The notes under the pieces are model-generated. The model had not been told where the DNA came from. It did no database searches and saw only the letters and a list, made by a program, of their open reading frames with translations. 64,000 nt of DNA, taken from NCBI GenBank assembly GCA_028101095.1, contig JAOHKG010000001.1, forward strand, positions 1,332 to 65,331, read 5' to 3'. The translations under genes were made by a program, and so were the position numbers. Of the stretch, positions 41,077 to 50,842 are shown piece by piece. This stretch comes from Fidelibacterota bacterium. GTDB lineage: Bacteria; Fidelibacterota; Marinisomatia; Marinisomatales; UBA1611. Position 1 is the first letter of the stretch. The number at the start of each line of letters is the position of its first letter.

Positions 41077-41147
41077 TTCTTTTTTTTTTATAAATAACGT
41101 AATTTTATTCAATTCAACAAAACTGAAAAATAAGGAAGGTTTTAATA

Positions 41148-41993
41148 ATGTACCCTGTAATATTTGATTTTGGAATAATAAATATTTTTGGTTTTAAATT
41201 TCAACTTGCTATATATTCATTTGGTTTGATGCTAGTTGTTGCATTTTATACTTGTTATTTTCTTCTAAATCATGATTTTAAAAGATTTGGATATGAAGAA
41301 AAGTTAGCATCAGATATTATATTTTGGTCTGCCTTAGGTGGTATCTTAGGTGCTAAGGTTTACTATATCCTTGAAAACTTAGATGATGTCCTCGCATCAA
41401 ACGATCCATTTGGAATGATTTTTAGCGGTGCAGGATTAGTGTTTATAGGTGGACTAATTGGTGCTGTTACTGCTGTATCAGTCGTTATTAGAAAAAATAA
41501 CTTACCTTGGTTTGTTCTCGCTGATATTTTAGCTCCTCTTATAATTCTTGGTTACGCAATAGGAAGAATTGGATGTTTTCTAGTTGGAGATGATTATGGA
41601 ATCCCTTCAAAACTACCTTGGGCGATTGCTTTCCCTGATGGACTTCCTCCTACAACATATGAGTCTTTTCAATATAGATACCCATGGATTGATATTTCTG
41701 GTTTTGAACCGGGTTTACTTTCTGTCCATCCCACACAAATATATGAATTTTTGATTTGTTTATTATTATTTTTCTATTTGTGGAACAAAAGAAAAAATAT
41801 TACGGTTCATGGCTCTTTATTTTTCACTTATTTAATTTGTGCTGGAACTGAACGTTTTCTAATAGAATTCTTAAGAACTAACGAAAAGTATTTATTCGAT
41901 ATCTTTTCTGGAGCACAAGTGTTATCTCTAACAATGGTCTTCATAGGCTCATATTTTTTATTCAAACCAATGCAAAATGAAACTGCTAAATAA
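41148..41993 (+). CDS. lgt: prolipoprotein diacylglyceryl transferase
   Basis: The 281-aa membrane protein carries GGLIGA, GRIGCFLVGDDYG and HPTQIYE. Confidence 0.9.
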   Translation: MYPVIFDFGIINIFGFKFQLAIYSFGLMLVVAFYTCYFLLNHDFKRFGYEEKLASDIIFWSALGGILGAKVYYILENLDDVLASNDPFGMIFSGAGLVFIGGLIGAVTAVSVVIRKNNLPWFVLADILAPLIILGYAIGRIGCFLVGDDYGIPSKLPWAIAFPDGLPPTTYESFQYRYPWIDISGFEPGLLSVHPTQIYEFLICLLLFFYLWNKRKNITVHGSLFFTYLICAGTERFLIEFLRTNEKYLFDIFSGAQVLSLTMVFIGSYFLFKPMQNETAK

Positions 41994-42822
41994 ATTCAGA
42001 AAAATATTAAAAATAATTTTTATGACTAGTTTGGTTTTATCTCAAAATAAACTTAATATTATTGAACATTTAGATTTTTCTGAAAACTTAAAACAGAACG
42101 AGATACAACCGAATATTTTAAGTAGTTCATACTATGATAGCTATCTAATGCTTGATTTTTATAAACAAGTTATAATTAAAATTGATTTATCAGGAGAAAC
42201 CACTTTTTCAAGTGCTATAGGTGATAATTCATTTCAATATGGTGATTTTGTATGGCTTGATGTTATGCCTGATGGAATAAAAGTTTTAGATAAATTAGAT
42301 AATAAAATTCTTCACCTTGATCATAACCTAAATAAAATACAAACGATAAGCTTAAGTAAAGATATTTACCCGGTTAAAGCATCCTCTTTTCCTTGGGGTG
42401 ATATCTTATTATATTCAAAAACTTTTAATTCCATCTACATTTTTATAAACGGAAAATTAGATGAGAAAGCTTTTATCAATTTTTATAAAGAGTTTAATTC
42501 AAAAATTTGTGTAGAAGACATAGAAATTAATCAAGATGGTGAAATAGGGTTGCTACATTGTAGTGGTGAGCTTACTTTGTTTTCTCAAAACGGTAAAAAG
42601 AAAATCACCTACCCAAATTTATTAAAAGATGCAAAATTTTTAGTTTCGATTAACTTTGAATGGCTTTATTTCGATAATAATGGAAATGGTCGTTTTGTGG
42701 AAGATAAATTGATTAATGAGTTGATAGTTCCAGCAAATCCTATTATTGATGTAATATCCAATAATGGATTTTTATCCTTTCTTACAAAAGATCATATTCT
42801 GACGATGGATGTTCAACAATAA
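41977..42822 (+). CDS. hypothetical secreted protein (first gene of an uncharacterised envelope cluster)
   Basis: The 281-aa ORF has a signal-like N-terminus and beta-rich composition. Its start overlaps the lgt 3' end by 17 nt. Confidence 0.5.
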   Translation: MKLLNKFRKILKIIFMTSLVLSQNKLNIIEHLDFSENLKQNEIQPNILSSSYYDSYLMLDFYKQVIIKIDLSGETTFSSAIGDNSFQYGDFVWLDVMPDGIKVLDKLDNKILHLDHNLNKIQTISLSKDIYPVKASSFPWGDILLYSKTFNSIYIFINGKLDEKAFINFYKEFNSKICVEDIEINQDGEIGLLHCSGELTLFSQNGKKKITYPNLLKDAKFLVSINFEWLYFDNNGNGRFVEDKLINELIVPANPIIDVISNNGFLSFLTKDHILTMDVQQ

Positions 42823-45800
42823 ATGTCTAAATATTAGTTTTTGCTGTATAGTTTTTTTTAAATTATCAGGACAAACTATATCAAGTAAGGTAGATACTTT
42901 CAAGTTAAATGACACTTTATCTACAATTTCACTTTCAAAAAATTTTTTGATAGAATCATCACTGACAACTACTTTAAATGGGAAATTAGAAGAAGTAACT
43001 GTAATTAATATTAAAAATTCAATTATATCCCTTCCTAGTGTAAAAAAAAATGATGAAGTAATTATAAAGTATCAATATTTAAATAATGGTTTACCAATTA
43101 AAATTGGTCCTAAGTGGAAAGATCTACCTAAAATAAATAATTCTGATAGTTTAGTTGTAGAAAAATCATTGTTGAAAAAAAATAAAATAAAAGAAGATCA
43201 AGATCTCTTTTCATCGGGGTCTGTTTTTCGGAAAATTAATTTTTCCCCCTTTGGTTCATCTGACTTAACAGGGGGACTTCAAATGCAAATTAATGGAAAA
43301 TTAGGGAATGATATAATACTTAGTGGAGTTCTTTCAGACCAAGATATACCTATTCAACCTGAAGGAGTGACAAAAGAGCTGGAAGAAATTGATAAAGTAT
43401 TCATAGCAATACGCCATCCAATATTTACTTTGGATGCAGGAGATATAGTTTATAAAGATTCGATTCCTTTGATAGATATTGAAAAAAAATTAACAGGTCT
43501 TCAAAATTCATTTTCATCTAATAAAATCTCTGCTTCTTCAGTTTATGGTGGATCTAAAGGTACTTTCCATTCTAAAGAAATTTATGGTAGAGATGGAGAT
43601 CAAGGTCCATATCAATTAAAAAGTAAAACAGGTAATAAAGAAATAATTATTCTTTCTGGAACAGAAAAAATATGGTTAGATGGTAAGAAATTGGTAAGAG
43701 GGGAGATGTTTGATTATACCATAAATTATTCATCAGGGAGAGTCTTTTTTACACCTAAAAATTTGATTCACAATGATATGAGAATATTATTTGAATATCA
43801 ATATTCAGACTTCAGTTATGAAAAAAGTTTTATTGGAGGTAGTTTCCAGAAAAAAGGTATAAGAAATAAAAGTTTAATAGGTTTTGGTGTTTATAAAGAG
43901 TCTGATATCTATAAAAAAATAATTTTAGAGGATCAATTAAATGAATCCTTATCTGAAGATGATTCTGGAGTCATTAAAAGAAGCACGGTTATAAAAGATG
44001 AAAATGGAGATTACTTTCTGCAAGACTCAATATATGTCTTTGATTATATGAAAAGTGATAATTTATTACCGAGGTATTCCATTGTTTTTAATTATAATCC
44101 AAAGGGTAACTATAAAAAAAGGATATCAAATAAGGGAAAAGTTTTTTATGAATACATTACAGAGATGGATAGAAATACAAACACGGACTATTATAGCCCT
44201 TTTGATGTTTCTTATGCACCTAGAAATATTCAGTTTGGTTATCTAAATGGGAAATACTCCATAAATAAATATTTTCATATAAATTCACAACTAAAGTCAT
44301 CGACAAAAAACCTTAATCTCCTGAAAAGTGGTTTGAAAAAAACAGGCCAAGCTTATAATCTTGAAATGAGAATTGATTCAATTGAAGTTCTGGATAATAT
44401 TTTAAAATTTAAATTTAATCAACAAATAAGAGATGATAATTACTATTCTCTTGGAAGAGAAAATGATGTAAACAAATCTAAATTATGGAATTTAGATTCC
44501 TTAATTAATCAAGGTGTGAAAGAACAAAATTTTATATCATCTCTTGAAAATTCTTCAATTGGAAAAATAACACTAGACCTATCTAGCCTTGAAAGTAAGT
44601 CTTCTTATTTATCTAGATTTAAAATAAGTTCATATTTTAACCAAAAAAAAATTGAAGGTTCATATATAGACTATTTTAAAATCAATTCTAATAAAGTTCA
44701 TTTTTACAGGTTTAATAGTTATTTACAAATAAAAAGTAAATATTTGACTCCATATATTTCATTTATAAAAGAGTTAGAAGCTCTAAACGAAAAGTATTTT
44801 AGAGTTGAAGGCGGATTTAAAATATTATCAAATAAATGGGAATTTGAATCTGGAATTGAAAAAAGAGTGGATGAAAAATATTACAATAATACTTTTGAGA
44901 ATAGTTCGAATGATTTAATTGGAATGATTGATTATAAATATAAACCTGTTAATGGATGGAGTAATCATCTTCTGTATAAAAAAAGAATAAAAGATGTAGC
45001 TGGTGGTATTGATTATAACTATTCATTATCTGATATAAATATAGTATACAAAAAACCTGATCAATTAATTAACTTTAAAATACAGGGGCGTAAAGAAGAA
45101 ACTTTTACCGAAGCACGAGCAATAATATATGATTCAGTAGGGGTAGGGTTTGGAAATTTTCGCTACGATAAAAATTTCAATATTTTTATACCAGATCAAA
45201 ATGGATCTTTTATCTCATATAATATTTACACCGGTGAGAAAAAACAAAGCACTCTATTTCAAGGAATGCAAGATCTAAGAATAAATTTTCAAAATATAAA
45301 AGAAATATCTGATTTCTCTTTTCATATTAATTCAAGACAAAATATTTCAGGAAATCTTAATAATCTTAAACAGTTATATAAATATAATATTGATAATAAG
45401 AAAATTTATTTTTCAACATTTCAGTTAAGGTCTGAATTAATATATTCTAAAAAGAATAATTTTTTAATCTGGAATGAAGTTAACTATAGTTTCTTTGGTG
45501 AGGACCCAAGAGGAAATGAATTGAATAAAAAGATATCAAACGGAATTACATTTAATAGAAAAATATACAAAATGCTTTCGGTTAAAAATGAATTTTTATT
45601 TTCTCATCAATTAATAGAGACGAATATAAGCACACAACTTGAAAGAAAATTGAACAGCTGGTGGGAAGATTTTGAATTGCAATTTAGGGTGAATAGAAGT
45701 TTAGATTTTGATTTGAGTCTCTTTGGAGGTTTTGATGATGGAAATATTAAAACTGAAAAAATCAAAGTATTATCACATGGATTATCGCTGAAAGCTAAAT

Positions 45801-46051
45801 ATCTCTTTGATAGAATGGGTAGCATTAATTTGCAGTTTAAATTCATAAATACAGATGAAAAAAGTAATAGAACTTATATCCCACCAGAGTTTGGACAGGG
45901 ATATGCCTTAGGTAAAAGTTTAATATTGCAATCAAGATTCCAGTATTTTTTCACAAATTCTATTTCATCAATTATAACAATTTATGGTATAGATGATAGT
46001 CGATATAGTCGTTCTTTAAATTTTCAAGGCGAGTTACGTGCTTATTTTTAG
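42809..46051 (+). CDS. large hypothetical outer-membrane protein (putative beta-barrel)
   Basis: The 1080-aa ORF has a signal-like N-terminus and alternating aromatic/polar beta-strand patterning throughout. The C-terminus ends ...GELRAYF, with a terminal Phe like an OMP beta-signal. It overlaps both neighbouring genes by 14 nt. Confidence 0.6.
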   Translation: MFNNKCLNISFCCIVFFKLSGQTISSKVDTFKLNDTLSTISLSKNFLIESSLTTTLNGKLEEVTVINIKNSIISLPSVKKNDEVIIKYQYLNNGLPIKIGPKWKDLPKINNSDSLVVEKSLLKKNKIKEDQDLFSSGSVFRKINFSPFGSSDLTGGLQMQINGKLGNDIILSGVLSDQDIPIQPEGVTKELEEIDKVFIAIRHPIFTLDAGDIVYKDSIPLIDIEKKLTGLQNSFSSNKISASSVYGGSKGTFHSKEIYGRDGDQGPYQLKSKTGNKEIIILSGTEKIWLDGKKLVRGEMFDYTINYSSGRVFFTPKNLIHNDMRILFEYQYSDFSYEKSFIGGSFQKKGIRNKSLIGFGVYKESDIYKKIILEDQLNESLSEDDSGVIKRSTVIKDENGDYFLQDSIYVFDYMKSDNLLPRYSIVFNYNPKGNYKKRISNKGKVFYEYITEMDRNTNTDYYSPFDVSYAPRNIQFGYLNGKYSINKYFHINSQLKSSTKNLNLLKSGLKKTGQAYNLEMRIDSIEVLDNILKFKFNQQIRDDNYYSLGRENDVNKSKLWNLDSLINQGVKEQNFISSLENSSIGKITLDLSSLESKSSYLSRFKISSYFNQKKIEGSYIDYFKINSNKVHFYRFNSYLQIKSKYLTPYISFIKELEALNEKYFRVEGGFKILSNKWEFESGIEKRVDEKYYNNTFENSSNDLIGMIDYKYKPVNGWSNHLLYKKRIKDVAGGIDYNYSLSDINIVYKKPDQLINFKIQGRKEETFTEARAIIYDSVGVGFGNFRYDKNFNIFIPDQNGSFISYNIYTGEKKQSTLFQGMQDLRINFQNIKEISDFSFHINSRQNISGNLNNLKQLYKYNIDNKKIYFSTFQLRSELIYSKKNNFLIWNEVNYSFFGEDPRGNELNKKISNGITFNRKIYKMLSVKNEFLFSHQLIETNISTQLERKLNSWWEDFELQFRVNRSLDFDLSLFGGFDDGNIKTEKIKVLSHGLSLKAKYLFDRMGSINLQFKFINTDEKSNRTYIPPEFGQGYALGKSLILQSRFQYFFTNSISSIITIYGIDDSRYSRSLNFQGELRAYF

Positions 46052-47366
46052 ATTTTTATTATTGATTGGGTTTATTTTATGTCAAGAAGGAAAAATAATA
46101 ATTAAATCCTTAGAAAAACAGTTAATAAAAGATTCCTTAAGAATTCTTTATAATGATTTAAATAATTATGAATCATATTATGAATTAGAGAGTTTTACTT
46201 ATAATCCCAATGCTTCTTACTACAATATTAAAAATAAATCAAAATCTATTGATTCCTTGATAGTAAAGATTAAATCAATAAAAAATAAATCTATTATTGA
46301 TCAAATTATTTCCCCATATCTAAATCTTCAAATTAATGATGATTTTAATGATATTGGAATGAATGTAATATCGAGATATTATTTTTTCACCGAACCTCCT
46401 TACCATGATTTGAAATTGATAGACTCATCTAAAGTTGGTTTGGAAATTTATTTGAATTCTATTTTTGAAAATTATGCTTCCGCAATTATTGGTCTGAGTG
46501 AAAATTCTAATAAATGGGACCTTACGGGTGAATTTACTGTTCATATTGAAAATTATCTTAACCAGGCTGAATTTTTGGATGTTTACTGGAGGAAAACGGA
46601 CTCTCTTTCTCACTTATTTAAGTTTGATGTTTTATTTCCACATCCTTTGGGAAATAAAATTGGTGTAAATTGGAAATATAATTTTGAATCTATAAATAAG
46701 CTATACACCAAAGTAGAAAATAGATATATTTTAAAAACTTTCTCTAATTTATTTGATAATATGGAATTAGGTTATATTAAAGGAGAGACAAAGCCTACTT
46801 TAGTAGGTAAAAATAATAATTACGTTAAAAACTCATTTAGAGGTTTTTTATTTACTTCAGCTAAAGATTCGAGAAATAATAGGTTTTTACCAACTAAGGG
46901 TTCGTTTTTTAAAAATGAAATTGATATAGGCCTTCAAAATCAATCTACTTTTGTTCAAATTATAAATAACTTGAGCATGCATCGTATATTGAAAAATAAA
47001 ATTTTATTAAATGTGAAATACTTATTCAAAGGTTTATTTGATTCAAATGGTAATATACCTAAAAGCCTTTATCATAATTATGGAGGTGCATCTACCCTTA
47101 GAGGATTTAAAGAAAATCAATTTTCAAGTTCTTCTTTTCAGATTTTGACATTAGAACCAGGTATTAGTATAAACTCCACCTCTCAGATAAGGTTATTTGT
47201 TGATTTTGCATCTAAAACAGTTGATTTTTTTGATAAATATCAAGCTGGTTATGGGTTTGGCTTTTATCAATCAAATAAAAATTCTTTAATCCATATTGAA
47301 TATGCTATGAATAATTTGAGTTCAAATAATGCTAAAATTCATTTTAAATTCGTCTCAAAATTTTGA
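46038..47366 (+). CDS. Omp85 (BamA/TamA-like surface antigen) family outer-membrane protein
   Basis: The 442-aa ORF carries YGGASTLRGFKENQF (the Omp85 loop-6 RGF-type motif). The C-terminus ends HFKFVSKF with a terminal Phe. Any POTRA region at the N-terminus is at most short. Confidence 0.6.
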   Translation: MLIFRFLLLIGFILCQEGKIIIKSLEKQLIKDSLRILYNDLNNYESYYELESFTYNPNASYYNIKNKSKSIDSLIVKIKSIKNKSIIDQIISPYLNLQINDDFNDIGMNVISRYYFFTEPPYHDLKLIDSSKVGLEIYLNSIFENYASAIIGLSENSNKWDLTGEFTVHIENYLNQAEFLDVYWRKTDSLSHLFKFDVLFPHPLGNKIGVNWKYNFESINKLYTKVENRYILKTFSNLFDNMELGYIKGETKPTLVGKNNNYVKNSFRGFLFTSAKDSRNNRFLPTKGSFFKNEIDIGLQNQSTFVQIINNLSMHRILKNKILLNVKYLFKGLFDSNGNIPKSLYHNYGGASTLRGFKENQFSSSSFQILTLEPGISINSTSQIRLFVDFASKTVDFFDKYQAGYGFGFYQSNKNSLIHIEYAMNNLSSNNAKIHFKFVSKF

Positions 47367-47385
47367 AATTTTCAATTTATATATA

Positions 47386-48402
47386 ATGAATAAAACCATA
47401 ACATTTTTTTTTATCGGTATAATTTTTTTCTCTATCAATTGTGATACAAAGAGAGAAGCTCTTGGTGCAGATAATGAAATACGTGTTATTTGCTCTAATA
47501 TTGACGAAAAAATAATAAAGTCTTATTTAAGTCAAATATTTTCAGACACACTTTTTTCTCCTGAACCTGAACCTTATTATCAATTAAAATTTTCTACTCC
47601 AGAGACTTATAACCAATTAAAAAAGCAATCTAAAGTTATTGTCGCAGCAGTAAATAGAGATAGAGGGAATCCTGGATTAAAATTAGTAGAGCGTATTTTA
47701 CCTAATGAAAACCTTAAAAAAACACTAACTGAAGACCCAGTGATTCTTATGAGAAATGTCTATGCTAAGAATCAACTATTCATGGTAATAAATGCTATTT
47801 CAGAAACAATATTAAATGGAACAATACAGTCAAAAAAAAATGCTTTTAGAAAAGAATACAATGATCAATTTATTTCTAGACAAAACAACTATCTTGGTGA
47901 AAGAGATAGAAACATAAGCCTTGAAGATTCAATTTTTAACGATCACGGTTGGGAAATGAATATTCCATGGGGTTGGATAAGTATAAAAAACATAAAAGAC
48001 TCGAATTTTGTATGGTTAGGAAAAGAAATGCCATTTCAATGGATAGGAGTAAATTGGATAAATGGCGATTACGTATCAACTATGGATAAGTTAGAGGTAG
48101 GGAGATATATATGGGATTGGCCAAAAAAATTTTACGGTAATATCCAATTTAATGATTATAAATTCAACTTAGATGAAACTTCATTTAATGGTTCCACAGC
48201 ATGGAGAAGTAAAGGTGTTTGGGAGACTATTGATAAGTTAGATCCAAAAGGAGGCCCTTTTTGTTCATATTTATTCTATGATAATATTACAGATAGAACC
48301 TTTTACATAAATTATCTCATACATCACCCTGGGAATGATAAATCCATCTATATGAGGAAATTAGATCAAGTAGTTAGATCAATAAATACGAACATAAAAT
48401 GA
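47386..48402 (+). CDS. hypothetical lipoprotein (possibly DUF4837-like, unverified)
   Basis: ATG 47386 gives MNKTITFFFIGIIFFSINC (lipobox-like). The ORF-track start at 47329 overlaps the upstream gene and lacks signal features. Confidence 0.5.
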   Translation: MNKTITFFFIGIIFFSINCDTKREALGADNEIRVICSNIDEKIIKSYLSQIFSDTLFSPEPEPYYQLKFSTPETYNQLKKQSKVIVAAVNRDRGNPGLKLVERILPNENLKKTLTEDPVILMRNVYAKNQLFMVINAISETILNGTIQSKKNAFRKEYNDQFISRQNNYLGERDRNISLEDSIFNDHGWEMNIPWGWISIKNIKDSNFVWLGKEMPFQWIGVNWINGDYVSTMDKLEVGRYIWDWPKKFYGNIQFNDYKFNLDETSFNGSTAWRSKGVWETIDKLDPKGGPFCSYLFYDNITDRTFYINYLIHHPGNDKSIYMRKLDQVVRSINTNIK

Positions 48403-49262
48403 AAATTCTTATAACCGGAGCATATGGCCAGCTTGGATATTCTTTAAGTAAATTTCGTAGCACTAAAGATAAAGTCTACAGAACAGGAGTGAAAATTCCT
48501 TTAGGTGAAAAAGGTCTTCGGCTAAATATTATCGATAATATTATGCTTAAAGACATAATTTTATCACTTTCTCCAGACATTATTATAAATCTAGCAGCGA
48601 TAACTAATGTGGATTTTTGTGAATCAAATCCGAAAATTGCAAAAGAGATTAATACTAATGGGGTTCAAAATTTAGTTGATGTTTTTCCAGGGAAAATTAT
48701 TCATCTATCTACTGATTATGTATTTGATGGTTTAAATGGACCGTATAAAGAAGAAGATCAAATAAATCCAATTTCAGTTTATGGTAAGACGAAATATGAC
48801 GCTGAAAAAATAGTCTTAGAAAAAGAAAATAATTTAGTACTTAGAGCAAACGTATTATATGATGGCTTGAAATATAATAATGCGAGTTTTCTAAATTGGG
48901 TTGTAAATAATTTAAAAAATAAAAATTCAATTAAAGTTGTTGATGACCAGTATAATAATCCGACTTGGACAGAATCTATAGCTAAAGTTCTAATGCTTTG
49001 TTTAAATAATAATATAAGTGGTTTGTATCATTGGGGAGATGAAGACTATCTAAGTCGATATGATTTTGCAATTAAAATAGCAAAGGCATATGGCTTAGAA
49101 AGTAGTTTGATTAAAAAGATTCCAACTTCTGAATTAAATCAATTAGCACCTAGACCTTTGAATGGGGGATTAGATCAAAATAAATTAAAAAATATTTTAA
49201 AAATAATTCCACCTAAAATTAATGACTGTTTAAATGCAATATTAATCAAGGAAGCAGAATGA
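48399..49262 (+). CDS. rfbD: dTDP-4-dehydrorhamnose reductase-like NAD(P)-dependent reductase
   Basis: The 287-aa ORF carries ILITGAYGQLG, STDYVFDG and YGKTKYDAE (YxxxK). Its start overlaps the upstream stop (ATGA). Confidence 0.8.
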   Translation: MKILITGAYGQLGYSLSKFRSTKDKVYRTGVKIPLGEKGLRLNIIDNIMLKDIILSLSPDIIINLAAITNVDFCESNPKIAKEINTNGVQNLVDVFPGKIIHLSTDYVFDGLNGPYKEEDQINPISVYGKTKYDAEKIVLEKENNLVLRANVLYDGLKYNNASFLNWVVNNLKNKNSIKVVDDQYNNPTWTESIAKVLMLCLNNNISGLYHWGDEDYLSRYDFAIKIAKAYGLESSLIKKIPTSELNQLAPRPLNGGLDQNKLKNILKIIPPKINDCLNAILIKEAE

Positions 49263-49972
49263 AGAATTTGATTATAACCCCTACTTATAATGAAGTCAAA
49301 AATATTGAAACATTGATAGAGCAGATAAATAAAAATACTCAAAACTGCGATATATTAGTTATTGATGACAATTCACCTGATGAAACATCATTAAAAGTTG
49401 AAAGTTTACAAAAACAGTATAAAAATATATTCCTTGAAAAGCGACCTGGAAAAGCTGGCTTAGGTACAGCATATATTCATGGTTTTAAATGGGCCATTAA
49501 AAATAATTATGATTCGGTTGTTCAAATGGATGCTGATTTATCTCATGATCCAAAAGAAATATCTAACCTTTTAACGGAACTTGGTACAAATGATTTAGTA
49601 ATTGGAAGTAGGTATGTTCAAGGCGTAAGCGTAGTAAATTGGCCGATTAGAAGATTAATGCTGAGCTATGGAGCAAACGTATACTCAAGAATAATTACAG
49701 GTATGCCTATAAATGATGGTACGGGAGGTTTTAAAGCTTGGAAAACTGATCTTTTAAGGAAAATAAATTTTAAAAATATTAGATCTCAAGGATATTCTTT
49801 TCAAATTGAAATGAATTTTAAGGCTTGGTTATTAAAAGCAAAAATAAAAGAATTTCCAATAATATTTGTAGATAGAACAATTGGTGAATCAAAAATGTCA
49901 AAAGCTATAATGTTCGAAGCTATTTGGGTTGTTTGGAGATTGCGTTTATTGAAAATTTTTAAAGGTTTATAG
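49259..49972 (+). CDS. polyprenol-phosphate glycosyltransferase (GT2, Dpm1-like)
   Basis: The 237-aa ORF carries ITPTYNE, VIDDNSPD, MDADLSHDP and GSRY. Confidence 0.85.
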   Translation: MKNLIITPTYNEVKNIETLIEQINKNTQNCDILVIDDNSPDETSLKVESLQKQYKNIFLEKRPGKAGLGTAYIHGFKWAIKNNYDSVVQMDADLSHDPKEISNLLTELGTNDLVIGSRYVQGVSVVNWPIRRLMLSYGANVYSRIITGMPINDGTGGFKAWKTDLLRKINFKNIRSQGYSFQIEMNFKAWLLKAKIKEFPIIFVDRTIGESKMSKAIMFEAIWVVWRLRLLKIFKGL

Positions 49973-49974
49973 AC

Positions 49975-50841
49975 TTGATTAAAATTTCATTTTGTATTGT
50001 CAATTTAAATGCCAAAAAAGTTCTAAAAGAGTGTTTGAATTCCATTAAGAATTCGATTAAAGATGAGGAATATGAGATCATTATCACGGATAATAATTCA
50101 ACAGACGGATCTCAAAAAATGATAAATACTTTTAAAAAAAAAATCTGTATAATCCAAAATAATAGAAATGAAGGTTATACATCAGCTTTAAATAAAGGAA
50201 TAATCAAAAGTACAGGTAAATACATTATTGTACTAAATCCGGATACAATTTTAGAAAATATGTCAATAACTAATTTAATATCTTCTTTGAAAAAAAATAG
50301 TGCTATTGGAATTGTGGGTCCCAAAGTTATAAATGAAGATGGCACTTTTCAAAAATCTTGCAGAAGAGGATTAGCTAAGCCAAAAGCAGTGTTTTCTTAT
50401 TTTCTTGGATTGTCCAGTAAGTTTTCAAATAATGAAAATTTTACCGGATATCACCTAAATCATCTTGATGAAAATAAAACTAATGAGGTCTTTGGTGTCT
50501 CTGGTTCTTGTATGGCTATAAGAAGAGAAGTAGTTAACGATATTGGATACTTTGATGAAAGATATTTCGCATATCAAGAAGATTCAGATTATTGTTTAAT
50601 GGCAATCAATAAAGGATGGAAAGTACTATATAATCCTAATGTTAAAGTGCTTCACAAAGGGGGGAGGGGTGGCTCTAATACTGTCCCAATGAAAGCAATT
50701 TTTGAATGGCATAGATCTTATTACAAATATTATTTTAAGCACTTTTCAAAAGACTATTCATTTGTATTCAATATATTTTACTCATTAGTTATGCTCCTAA
50801 AATTACTTTTCAGTCAAATATTTTTTATAATTAAATCTTGA
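49975..50841 (+). CDS. family 2 glycosyltransferase
   Basis: The 288-aa ORF has a TTG start, with ITDNNSTDGS and LNPDT (DxD-like) motifs. The C-terminus is hydrophobic. Confidence 0.8.
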   Translation: MIKISFCIVNLNAKKVLKECLNSIKNSIKDEEYEIIITDNNSTDGSQKMINTFKKKICIIQNNRNEGYTSALNKGIIKSTGKYIIVLNPDTILENMSITNLISSLKKNSAIGIVGPKVINEDGTFQKSCRRGLAKPKAVFSYFLGLSSKFSNNENFTGYHLNHLDENKTNEVFGVSGSCMAIRREVVNDIGYFDERYFAYQEDSDYCLMAINKGWKVLYNPNVKVLHKGGRGGSNTVPMKAIFEWHRSYYKYYFKHFSKDYSFVFNIFYSLVMLLKLLFSQIFFIIKS

Positions 50842-50842
50842 G

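Noticed and set aside
47329-47385. Longer start (47329) for the lipoprotein downstream of the Omp85-like gene
   Set aside because: The extension overlaps the Omp85-like C-terminus, and the lipobox-containing signal begins at ATG 47386.
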